The translations under genes were made by a program, and so were the position numbers. Of a stretch of DNA of 64,000 bases, positions 1 through 8,635 are shown piece after piece. A model generated the notes under the pieces. The model saw only the letters and a list, made by a program, of their open reading frames with translations, was not told the origin of the DNA and ran no database searches. Position 1 is the stretch's first letter. The number at the start of each line of letters is the position of its first letter. Source of the DNA: an uncultured Acidimicrobiaceae bacterium (GTDB lineage Bacteria; Actinomycetota; Acidimicrobiia; Acidimicrobiales; RAAP-2). The DNA is taken from assembly GCA_963824445.1 (NCBI GenBank), contig CAWGPG010000003.1, positions 22,839-86,838 on the forward strand, read 5' to 3'.

Positions 1-604
1 CGACGAAGATCAACCCGATCTCGCCAACGTCGTCGACGGCCTGCTGGTAGGGCTGGACCATGGCGGTGCGCCCGGACCTGACGAGGTCGGCGACGTGACG
101 TCGGGCCCGGTGGTGCTCGTCGGGTCGGTAGCGCGCCGTCTGGAAGCCTCCCCCGGAGACTGATGGCTTGACGACGATCTCGCCGACGGGAAGCCCGAGC
201 AGGGCCGGATCAGGATCTCCTCCAGGTTCCACCCAGATCGTCGGGACCACTGGGACGCCGGCCGCCTCCAGGTCGCGCAGGTAGCGCTTGTCGATGTTCC
301 AACGGAGCACCGCCGGCGAGTTGACGACGGGCACGCCGAGGGCGCCAGACACGTCGTCGACCCAGCATAGGAACGCGTCGACGTGGTGGATGTTGTCCCA
401 TGCCCCGTTCGCCAGCACCAGGTCGTAGGCCGACCAGTCGACGTCGGGGTCGCTCCACACTGCCGCGTCGGCCTCGACGCCGCGACGGGCCAGCGTGGCC
501 CGAAGAGGCGGCCAGTCGTCGTGGAGGTTGGGGAACGCCGGGCAGGCCGCCGCGACGATGCGGCGTGGAGCCGGGGCGGCCCCCGCCCGGTCGGAATCCG
601 TCAA
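1..604 (-). CDS. ATP-grasp domain protein, N-terminal ~200 aa (gene continues beyond the left edge)
   Basis: Absent from the ORF track because it is open at the window edge. Hand translation of the minus frame from TTG 604-602 gives [88 protein letters not shown], a typical ATP-grasp N-terminal/central region. The TTG overlaps the oppF stop (TTGA). Confidence 0.6.
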   Translation of the reverse strand, partial: MTDSDRAGAAPAPRRIVAAACPAFPNLHDDWPPLRATLARRGVEADAAVWSDPDVDWSAYDLVLANGAWDNIHHVDAFLCWVDDVSGALGVPVVNSPAVLRWNIDKRYLRDLEAAGVPVVPTIWVEPGGDPDPALLGLPVGEIVVKPSVSGGGFQTARYRPDEHHRARRHVADLVRSGRTAMVQPYQQAVDDVGEIGLIFV

Positions 605-1597
605 GTGCCGATGGGAAAGTGGCAGGCCACCTGGTGGCCGGGTGCGATCTCCCGCAGCTCGGGCACCTCCTCGGCACATCGCGCCTCGGCTCTTGGGCAG
701 CGGGTGCGGAAGCGACAGCCCGAAGGCGGGTTGATCGGGCTCGGCGGTTCGCCCGAAAGCGGCACCCCCGCGGGGCGCCTCGGGGTCGGGCTCGACCGTG
801 GACGCCAGCAGCGCCGACGTGTAGTGGTGCGCCGGGGCCTGGTAGAGCACGTCGGAGGGGGCGACCTCGCAGAGACGACCGAGGTACATCACCGCCACTC
901 GGTCGCTCACGTTCTTCACGACGGCGAGGTCGTGCGCGATGAACAGGAGGGTGAGGCCGAACTCGTTCTTGAGATCCTCCAACAGGTTCAGGATCTGCGC
1001 CTGGACCGAGACGTCGAGGGCGGAGACGATCTCGTCGCACACCAACAGCTTGGGTTTGAGCACGAGCGCCCTGGCGATACTGATGCGCTGGCACTGGCCC
1101 CCGGAGAACTCGCGGGGGCGCCGGCTGCCGTTGAGGTACGGATCGATGCCGACCTCCTCGAGCATGGCGTACGCCGCTTTCTGCCGCTCCTCCTTGGTCC
1201 CGATCCTCCAGATGGTGAGCGGTTCGGCCACGATGTCGCGCACACGTCGCCTCGGGTTGAGGGATGAGATCGGGTCCTGGAAGATCATCTGCACCTGCGT
1301 GCGCAAGGTCCGCAGGTCGCCGCGGCCGAGGGCCGTGAGCTCGGTATCGCCGAAGCGGATCTTGCCGGAGGTCGCCCGTTCCACTTGCACCACGGCGCGG
1401 CCCGTGGTCGTCTTCCCACATCCAGATTCGCCCACGAGGCCGAGCGTCTCGCCCTTTCGCAGCGTGAAACTGATCCCGGCGACCGCCTGCACGGCCTGGT
1501 TCCCCTTCTGGAACGTGACGTAGAGGTCCTCGACGGTGAGCAGCGGCTCCGCGGCGGCATCGGGCGGCGCCTGGGGATCGGTCACGGTGTCCGTCAC
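601..1597 (-). pseudogene. oppF: Opp/Dpp-type peptide ABC transporter ATP-binding protein (OppF-like), interrupted by an apparent 1-nt frameshift at the C5 run 775-779
   Basis: Hand translation from GTG 1597 (GTGA overlap with the oppD stop) shows Walker A GESGCGKTT, FSGGQCQRISIARAL and Walker B LLVCDE. The conserved C-terminal motif [35 protein letters not shown] lies in the +1 frame and ends at TGA 603-601. Confidence 0.8.
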
Positions 1598-2760
1598 GCC
1601 GTTGCCTCCCGAGTCTCGGCGTCGGGGGTGGTATCCGTTCCGGCAGCCGTGGTGAGGGGTGTGTCCGTCGCGCCGTCGGTGTCGGTGGAGGTGATGTCGG
1701 GTGCGTTCGCACTCGTGCCGGCTGGTGCGTCTGCGGTGGTGTCAGGGATGCGTATGGGCACCGGCGAGCGGCCGGTGCCAGCCGGCAGTGGGTACCAGCA
1801 GGCGTAGCTGTGGCCGGGCTCCGCCTCCACCAGTGGCGGCTTCTCGTTGTGGCACTTCTCCTGGGCATAGGGGCAGCGCGGCGAGAAGGAGCAACCGGCA
1901 GGAGGGCTGAGCAGGTCGGGGGGTCGACCGTCGATTGCGGTCAAGCGAGTGTGGCTCGGGTTCGCCAGTCGTGGCGTGGAGTTGAGCAGCGCCTCCGTGT
2001 AGGGCATGGCCATGCTCTTGAACAAGACGTTCGTCGGGGCCCGCTCCACGACGTTGCCGGCGTACATCACGATGATGTCGTCGGTCCTCGTCGCGACAAC
2101 GCCGAGGTCGTGTGTGACAAGAATCATCGCCATCTCGCGTTCGTGCTGCAGCGTCCCGAGCAGATCCAGGATCTGTGCCTGGACGGTCACGTCGAGGCCC
2201 GTGGTGGGCTCGTCGGCAAGGAGCAGCCGAGGCGCGCAGGCGAGCGCGATGGCGATCATGACGCGCTGGCGCATGCCGCCGGAAAGCTGGGCCGGGTACG
2301 CCTCGTAGCGTTCGACAGGGGACGGTATGCCCACCTGCATCAGGAGCGAGAGGGCCGTCTCCTTCGCCTCGCTCTTGCTCAGCTTCAGGTGGATCTTGAG
2401 CGGCTCGGTGATCTGGTTCCCGATGCGCTGGACCGGGTTGAGAGACGTCATCGGATCCTGGAACACCATGGCGATGTGGGTGCTCCAGAGCTTGCGCAGG
2501 TCGTCGACCGGGGCGTTCAGGATCTCGGTCCCGTCGTATCGCACAGAACCGGTCTGTGTGGTCGACGCCATCGGCAGCAGGCCCATGATGGCGCGCGAGA
2601 GGACCGTCTTGCCCGACCCCGATTCGCCCACGATGCCGAGCGTCTTGCCGTGCCCGAGCGTGAGCGAGACGTCCTGCACGGCCCGCAGCGGTCCGCGTGA
2701 CGTGGCGAACGAGACGTCCAGGTGCTCGACCTGGAGCAGGGGTCGGCGGACGTCGCTCAC
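1594..2760 (-). CDS. oppD: Opp/Dpp-type peptide ABC transporter ATP-binding protein (OppD-like) with a Thr/Asp/Ala-rich C-terminal tail
   Basis: ORF 1594..2865. Likely start is GTG 2760 (GTGA overlap with the oppC stop). Motifs: [39 protein letters not shown], and C-terminal [14 protein letters not shown]. Confidence 0.9.
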   Translation of the reverse strand: MSDVRRPLLQVEHLDVSFATSRGPLRAVQDVSLTLGHGKTLGIVGESGSGKTVLSRAIMGLLPMASTTQTGSVRYDGTEILNAPVDDLRKLWSTHIAMVFQDPMTSLNPVQRIGNQITEPLKIHLKLSKSEAKETALSLLMQVGIPSPVERYEAYPAQLSGGMRQRVMIAIALACAPRLLLADEPTTGLDVTVQAQILDLLGTLQHEREMAMILVTHDLGVVATRTDDIIVMYAGNVVERAPTNVLFKSMAMPYTEALLNSTPRLANPSHTRLTAIDGRPPDLLSPPAGCSFSPRCPYAQEKCHNEKPPLVEAEPGHSYACWYPLPAGTGRSPVPIRIPDTTADAPAGTSANAPDITSTDTDGATDTPLTTAAGTDTTPDAETREATA

Positions 2761-3680
2761 AACTTGATCTCGGTGACGTCGAAGTACGCCCGCAGCTTGT
2801 CCGCCACCACGTTGAGGCTGAAGAGGAGGAGGAACATGGCGGTAGCGGGGAAGATCACCAGCCACGGGTTGGTCTGCCCCTTGGCGCCCGTCAGGAGGCT
2901 GGACCCCTCGTTGAGCATGTTGCCCCAGCTCGGCGTCGGAGGCTGCACGGAGAGTCCGAGGAAGGCCAGGGAACCTTCCAGCACGATGATCGTTGCCACC
3001 GCAATCAGGCCGAAGGAGACGATCGTCGGCGTGATGTTCGGAAGGATCTCGCGGTAGAGGATGCGGCTGTCGCTGGCGCCCAGCGCCTTGGCGGCCAGGA
3101 CGAAGTCACGTGTGGCGTAGGAGAGCGTCGACGCCCGCACCACCCGGAAGATCAGGGGAGAGGCGGCGATCCCGATGACGAGGGTGATCTTGAAGAGCGA
3201 GTGTCCCCAGAAGGACACGATGGCGATGACGGCCACGATGGCCGGGAACGCGAGCACGATGTACGAGAACGTGTTCAGTGACGTGTCGACGCGGCCGCGC
3301 CGGTAGGCGGAGAACATGGCCGGGATGCCGCCGATCACCAGTCCGATCAACGCCCCGCCGAACCCGACGACGAGCGAGACCCGGGCGCCGTAGATCAACC
3401 GGCTCAGGATGTCCCGGTAGAGATCGTCGGTGCCGAGGAGATGGCCCCAGCCTGGTCCGCCGTTCTGCACGCTGTTGTAGTTCCCCAGGTCGGGGTTGGG
3501 GAGTGGGAGGAAGTTGGCGAAGGTGGCGAGGACCGCGACCAGGACGATGAATGAACAGCACACCCAGAAGAGTGGGCCGAGCTTCTTCTTGGTGGGATCC
3601 GCCGCTGCTTCGGCGGCGATCTCCTCCTTGATGTCGGCGAAGGCCTCTTTGTGTGCGACGGCGACGCTACTCACGGGCAA
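2757..3680 (-). CDS. oppC: Opp/Dpp-type ABC transporter permease (OppC-like)
   Basis: 307-aa polytopic ORF. RLIYGARVSLVVGFGGALIGLVIGG..AYRRGRVD is typical of DppC/OppC permeases. It overlaps oppB and oppD in operon fashion. Confidence 0.85.
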   Translation of the reverse strand: MPVSSVAVAHKEAFADIKEEIAAEAAADPTKKKLGPLFWVCCSFIVLVAVLATFANFLPLPNPDLGNYNSVQNGGPGWGHLLGTDDLYRDILSRLIYGARVSLVVGFGGALIGLVIGGIPAMFSAYRRGRVDTSLNTFSYIVLAFPAIVAVIAIVSFWGHSLFKITLVIGIAASPLIFRVVRASTLSYATRDFVLAAKALGASDSRILYREILPNITPTIVSFGLIAVATIIVLEGSLAFLGLSVQPPTPSWGNMLNEGSSLLTGAKGQTNPWLVIFPATAMFLLLFSLNVVADKLRAYFDVTEIKL

Positions 3681-4614
3681 TCCTCGGGTCGACGATGGTG
3701 AACAGGAAGTCGAAGATGAAGTTGATGATCACGATGGCCACGGCCACGAAGAGGGTGATGCCCTGGACCACGGTGTAGTCGTCCTGGTTCACGCTCGAGA
3801 TGAGCTGGTAACCCAGCCCGGGCATCTGCAGCAGCAACTCGACCACGAAGGTGCCGGCGATGAGGCTGCCGATCGTCACACCGGCTGAGGCGAGGAGCGA
3901 GATCGACGACGGTCGCAGCGCGTGGCGCCACATGATGCGCCGGTCTGACAAGCCTTTCGAGCGGGCCATCGTGATGAAGTCCTCTTGGAGGGTGGAGATG
4001 AGGTCGTTCCTCAGCAGGCGGAAGTACACCACGATGGAGCCGAGTGCCAGGACGAGGGAAGGCAGCAGCATGGCGTGGATGTTCGTCGAGAAGTCCTGCG
4101 TGATGGGTACGTAGGACGCAGGACCCGGGAAGATGTGCCAGTGCACGGCGAAGAGCAGTACCAGGACGGGCGCGATCACGAACGGGGGCAGCGCCAACAT
4201 GGCGAAGGTCGTGCTGTTGGACGCTTGGTCGAACAGCTTGTTCGGCCGGCGTGCGGCGTGCATCGCCATCGGAAAGGCGCATGCGAAGGCGATGATCTGA
4301 GAGAAGATGATCAGCTCGAGGTCGATCGGGAACGACTGTTGGATGATGCTCCACGTCGTCTGGTGCGTCGTGAAGGACTGCCCGAGGTTCCCCTGGAAGA
4401 CGTGGCCGATCCAGATGAAGTACTGCTGCCACAACGGCTTGTCCAGACCGAGCTGGTGGTCGAGGATCTTGACGTTGTGCGCCGTGGCGTTGGGCCCGAG
4501 GATCGTGTCGGTCGGGTTGCCGGGCAGCAGGTGGACGAGAAAGAAGGAGACGACAGACACGAAGAGGATGATGATGAGCAGCAGCACCAATCTCTTCGTG
4601 ACGTAGCGGCCCAC
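3667..4614 (-). CDS. oppB: Opp/Dpp-type ABC transporter permease (OppB-like)
   Basis: 315-aa ORF. The N-terminus MGRYVTKRLVLLLIIILFVSVVSFFLVHLLPGNPTD and ..ITMARSKGLSDRRIMWRHALR match the DppB/OppB family. Confidence 0.9.
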   Translation of the reverse strand: MGRYVTKRLVLLLIIILFVSVVSFFLVHLLPGNPTDTILGPNATAHNVKILDHQLGLDKPLWQQYFIWIGHVFQGNLGQSFTTHQTTWSIIQQSFPIDLELIIFSQIIAFACAFPMAMHAARRPNKLFDQASNSTTFAMLALPPFVIAPVLVLLFAVHWHIFPGPASYVPITQDFSTNIHAMLLPSLVLALGSIVVYFRLLRNDLISTLQEDFITMARSKGLSDRRIMWRHALRPSSISLLASAGVTIGSLIAGTFVVELLLQMPGLGYQLISSVNQDDYTVVQGITLFVAVAIVIINFIFDFLFTIVDPRIARE

Positions 4615-4779
4615 GGCGTCCCTCCCACCCCTCCGTAGCTGTCAGCTTGCTCTATCCGGTTTCGTCTTCTCCGGCTTCTGCCGCCCCGCTCCGTCGGTTC
4701 AGTCGCCGACCCACCCAGCGGCGCCTGATCCTAGACCGGACGCTGCTTTCCTACCATGCCGCCCACCTCAGAGAGTGTC

Positions 4780-4813
4780 GAGGAGGCTCCAGATGTGATT
4801 GAGGAGGCTCCAG
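4780..4813. promoter_or_regulatory. Perfect 13-nt direct repeat gaggaggctccag x2 with 21-bp phasing, upstream of oppB
   Basis: Copies at 4780-4792 and 4801-4813, read directly from the sequence. They lie about 170-200 nt upstream of the oppB start in a 925-nt non-coding gap. Confidence 0.25.
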
Positions 4814-5539
4814 GTCCGGCGGATCTCGTCGAACGAAGTGGTCCCCGGTGGTGCCGGTCCAGTTGGACTCCATCCCCCGCAGCGACCACCGGGGGACGAC
4901 TTCGGCGAGCCGGGCTGGGGAGCGGCGACGCGTGGCGACGGTGCGGCCTGGCACGGGAGCGAGCGCGCTCAGGACTAAGAGGCCGGGGACGGAGCGGGCG
5001 CGGGCCGGACTGGGGGCGGGCCCGGGCCGGGTAGGAGTGAGGGACGGACTTTGCACGACGGCGTCATCCGATCTCTCGTTGAACCACCAACTGGGTTCGA
5101 CCAATGCATCTGGGGTATGCGGGCGGCATCCCGGGCATGAGCCTTGGGTCAAACATCGGCGGGCAGCCGTGCGTTACGGTCAGCCCAGGCAGATCGCCTT
5201 TTCACCTGATTGCAGCCCTTTAGACCGCACGTGTTCCCGTCTCTTGACCGCAGTGTGTGCCCGGACCTTCCCATCTCGCACGCGTTCGTGGACTGCCCCG
5301 TGAGGGGCTGGCGTCTCTGGGTGCGCACATTTGCTTCTATGGGTCGGAGCGCTTCGAGGAGCATCGGGGGTGGTTAGGCGGTGAGCCAGAGCGTTGGTGC
5401 TCCGGGTCAGCGCGTCGAGGCGCCCGGTCAGGGGGCGGATCACGAAGCGAGCCTCACCGTCGACCGCCCGGGCGTTGGGGCAGCGGGTTCCGAGGCTCAA
5501 CCAGTGGGCCCGGTCGGGCGTGACCGTGCGCTCATTGGG

Positions 5540-6781
5540 ATGGCTGACCTCTGGAAGAAAGTGCCCGAAGCAGTCAAAGAGACGCTGCTGCCGTTCGCCG
5601 TCGCCCGGATCGTGGTCCTGGGCGCCCTCGGCATGGCCCACTTCGTCGTCGACCGGACTCATCCGGCGTCGCCCGGCGTCGCGCTCCGCGTGCACCAGGG
5701 ACTGCTCGGATGGGACGCGGGCTGGTACGAGACGATCGCCCGCACTGGATATGCGCCCCTCGGCAGCCAGTCACTTCGTTTCTTCCCAGCGCTCCCTCTG
5801 TTCACTCACGTGCTGGCGTGGGTGCCAGGTGTCCACGACGGCGCTGCGCTCGTCGTGCTCGCCAACCTGGCGGCCTTCGTTGCGACGGCACTTCTCTTCC
5901 TGCTGGCGCGCCGCGAGCTGGGAGACCGTGACATGGCCCGCCGCAGCATCTGGATACTCAGCCTGCTTCCCTCTGCCTTTGTCCTCGTCATGGGCTACGC
6001 CGAATCGATGCTGTTGCTGTTCGCCATCGGCTGTTTTCTCGCCCTTCGTCCTGTTCGTTCGAGCATTGCCGGCCCTGCGATCGCCGGTTCCTCCTTCGCA
6101 GGACCTTTCGTCGCCGGCTCTTCCCCGGTCGTGGCTGCAGAGACTGAGAGTGTCCAGACGTCTGACCCACGGCCACACTTCGCCGTCGCAGGTGTGCTGG
6201 CCTTCGCTGCTGCCCTCACTCGCCCCATCGGAGTGTTGCTCGCGCTCGCCGTCGCGGCTGAGTTGATCCGCTGGTGGCCCCGGCTCCATCGGAGCGCCCG
6301 CATCGTCGGCCTCGTCGCGTTCTGGGCCCCGTTCCTGGGTCTGGTCGCCTTTCTCGCATGGTCGAGGCACGTCGTGGGGGACTGGTGGGCGCCCCTGCGC
6401 GTCCAGCTGCAGAACTCTCATCACGGCGGGTTGGCGGACCCGTTCAGCACCCTCTACCACGATGCCACCGGGTTGCTGCACCATCACGTGGGCACAGCGC
6501 TCCACGTGCCCTGGGTGCTGCTCGCGCTGGCGATGCTTTTGGTCTGTTGGCGACGGCTCCCGGCGCCCTACACGTTGTTCGCTGGAGCCGTCCTCGCTGT
6601 CGCCGTGTCCGGCGCCAACCTCGATTCGTTCGAGCGCTACGCCCTGTCCGCCTTCCCGCTGAGCATGGCCGCCGCAACGATCCTGACGGGATCCCGCATC
6701 GAGCGAGCGGTGCTCTCACTCCTTGCCGCCGCCCTGGCGGGATACGCACTGCTGGCGTTCCTGAACATCTCGGTCCCCTGA
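5540..6781 (+). CDS. Integral membrane mannosyltransferase-like protein (PIG-V / GT76-like)
   Basis: ORF 5381..6781. The likely start is ATG 5540 (MADLWKKVPEAV..). It is polytopic, and the motif LLGWDAGWYETIARTGYAPLGSQSLRFFPALPL matches the WD..WY..IA..GY...FFP signature of PIG-V-type mannosyltransferases. Confidence 0.65.
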   Translation: MADLWKKVPEAVKETLLPFAVARIVVLGALGMAHFVVDRTHPASPGVALRVHQGLLGWDAGWYETIARTGYAPLGSQSLRFFPALPLFTHVLAWVPGVHDGAALVVLANLAAFVATALLFLLARRELGDRDMARRSIWILSLLPSAFVLVMGYAESMLLLFAIGCFLALRPVRSSIAGPAIAGSSFAGPFVAGSSPVVAAETESVQTSDPRPHFAVAGVLAFAAALTRPIGVLLALAVAAELIRWWPRLHRSARIVGLVAFWAPFLGLVAFLAWSRHVVGDWWAPLRVQLQNSHHGGLADPFSTLYHDATGLLHHHVGTALHVPWVLLALAMLLVCWRRLPAPYTLFAGAVLAVAVSGANLDSFERYALSAFPLSMAAATILTGSRIERAVLSLLAAALAGYALLAFLNISVP

Positions 6782-6832
6782 GGGCGCAGGCGAATCCGCC
6801 ACCCCGATCCAATCTCTGTGCATGGCCAAACC

Positions 6833-6850
6833 AGTACGCATCCGTACTGC
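6833..6850 (+). terminator. Stem-loop CAGTACG-catc-CGTACTG downstream of the PIG-V-like gene
   Basis: 7-bp perfect inverted repeat about 50 nt after the stop at 6781. There is no U-tract. Confidence 0.25.
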
Positions 6851-7130
6851 AATGACGGGTCGACCCCTGCCCGGAAGCCCACATCGAAACCTCCGCCTCG
6901 GGCGGTGAGACCACGCAGGTCACAGAACGACTGCTCTGCGCCTCCACAACGGCCCTCGGAACCAGCGTGCTCAGCCCGAGGCCCCTGCGCCAACGAGGGG
7001 CTAGACCGCGCGCGCCGCCCCGGAGAGGCTCCGCGGCCGAGCGGGAACACGGAATCCGGAGTCGATCCGGAGCTGACAACAAACTCCCGAATCCGGGTTC
7101 CACCGGGTCGTCAACTATCCTGACCTGCTC

Positions 7131-8615
7131 GTGGCAGTGCCAACGGAACCACCCGTCGTCATCGCCGGCGCGGGTCCCGGTGGCCTGACGGCGGCCTACC
7201 TGCTGACCAAGCGCGGCCAACATCCGCTGGTCCTGGAAGCAGACGACCAGGTCGGAGGCATCAGCCGCACCGTCGTCCGAGACGGGTGGCGCTTCGACCT
7301 CGGTGGTCACCGGTTCTTCACCAAGGTGCCCGAGGTCGAGGAGCTGTGGCACGAGATCCTCCCCGAGGGCGACTTCATGCTCCGCCCGCGGATGAGCCGC
7401 ATCTACTACCGAGGAAAGTTCATCGACTACCCCCTCAAGGCCGTGAATGCGCTGCGCAACCTGGGTATATGGGAAGCAATTCTGTGTGGCTTCTCGTACG
7501 TGTGGGCGCGCATCCGCCCCCCAAAGGACCAGAACAACTACGAAGGCTGGCTCGTCGCTCGGTTCGGCTGGCGTCTCTACCGCCATTTCTTCAAGACCTA
7601 TACGGAGAAGGTCTGGGGCGTGCCCGTCTCCGAGATGCCTGCCGACTGGGCCGCGCAGCGGGTCAAGAATCTCGATCTCCGCAAGGCAGTGATGAACGCG
7701 ATCCTCCCCAAGCGGGGCCAGACGGAGATCACGACGCTGATCGAAGAGTTCCAGTACCCGAAATACGGCCCGGGAATGATGTGGGAGGTCTGCACCGAGA
7801 AGGTCGCTGCCGCCGGGGGCACGATCGAAATGGAGGCCCGGCTCACGGGCATTCACGTCGAGAACGGCCGGGCAACGTCGGTGACGTATGCCCAAGGCGA
7901 CGAGACGAAGACGGCGCCCGCCTCCGCCGTCGTGTCGACCATTCCGATGCGAGAGCTGGTCCACACCATCGAGCCGACCCCGCCACCCGAGGTCGTGGCC
8001 GCCGCCGACGACCTGCACTACCGCGACTACCTGACGGTCGCTCTCATCGTGCCCGAGTCGCGAAGCTTCCCCGACAACTGGATCTATATCCATGCCACCG
8101 ACGTCGAGGTCGGACGGATTCAGAACTACGGATCGTGGTCGCCGTACTTGGTCAAGGACGGCCGCACCTGCCTCGGTCTCGAGTACTTCGTCTTCGAGGG
8201 CGACGAAATGTGGAACACGGCCGACGACGAATTGATCGCTCTCGGGACCAAGGAGCTCGTGTCCCTTGGTCTCGCCGCCGATGGCGATGTCGAGCAGGGT
8301 TACGTCGTCCGGGTTCCCAAGGCGTACCCGTATTACGACTTCTCCTACAAGGACAACGTGGCCACCATCCGCAAGTGGCTCGAGACCGAAGCGCCCAACA
8401 TCCACCCGGTCGGGCGAAACGGCATGCACAAGTACAACAACCAGGATCACTCCATGTACACCGCCCTGTTGACGGTCGAGAACATGTTCGGGGCGACACA
8501 CGACATCTGGTCGGTCAACGTGGAAGAGGAGTACCACGAGGCCGGCTCGACCGGTCGCGACGCACCCGTCCTGCCCCGGCGTGTCGCAGCGGCGGGCGCG
8601 CATGACGCCGGCTGA
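7131..8615 (+). CDS. NAD(P)/FAD-dependent oxidoreductase (Rossmann, UDP-galactopyranose-mutase / amine-oxidase-like fold)
   Basis: 494 aa. Motifs VVIAGAGPGGLTAAYLL..LEADDQVGGISRT..FDLGGHRFF give a dinucleotide-binding fold of the type often found in glycan clusters. Confidence 0.8.
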   Translation: MAVPTEPPVVIAGAGPGGLTAAYLLTKRGQHPLVLEADDQVGGISRTVVRDGWRFDLGGHRFFTKVPEVEELWHEILPEGDFMLRPRMSRIYYRGKFIDYPLKAVNALRNLGIWEAILCGFSYVWARIRPPKDQNNYEGWLVARFGWRLYRHFFKTYTEKVWGVPVSEMPADWAAQRVKNLDLRKAVMNAILPKRGQTEITTLIEEFQYPKYGPGMMWEVCTEKVAAAGGTIEMEARLTGIHVENGRATSVTYAQGDETKTAPASAVVSTIPMRELVHTIEPTPPPEVVAAADDLHYRDYLTVALIVPESRSFPDNWIYIHATDVEVGRIQNYGSWSPYLVKDGRTCLGLEYFVFEGDEMWNTADDELIALGTKELVSLGLAADGDVEQGYVVRVPKAYPYYDFSYKDNVATIRKWLETEAPNIHPVGRNGMHKYNNQDHSMYTALLTVENMFGATHDIWSVNVEEEYHEAGSTGRDAPVLPRRVAAAGAHDAG

Positions 8616-8635
8616 AACCCGGCCGGCGGAGGTGG

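Noticed and set aside
210-1868. 552-aa minus-strand ORF, the longest ORF listed at the left end
   Set aside because: It has extreme Arg/Pro/Gly composition and no motifs. It is a shadow frame running through oppF and the ATP-grasp gene, whose true frames give clean ABC and ATP-grasp motifs.
4840-5340. Possible tmRNA, RNase P RNA or SRP RNA in the opp upstream gap (ggcgtcatc..tctcgtt, aaagtccg on the reverse strand, caggtccgg)
   Set aside because: Only short chance-level resemblances are present. I could not find the hallmark elements: a tRNA-like 3' end ..GGTTCGAATCC..CTCCACCA for tmRNA, GAGGAAAGTCCGGGC and ACAGAACCCGGCTTA for RNase P, or GGAAGCAGCC for SRP. This needs cmscan to settle.
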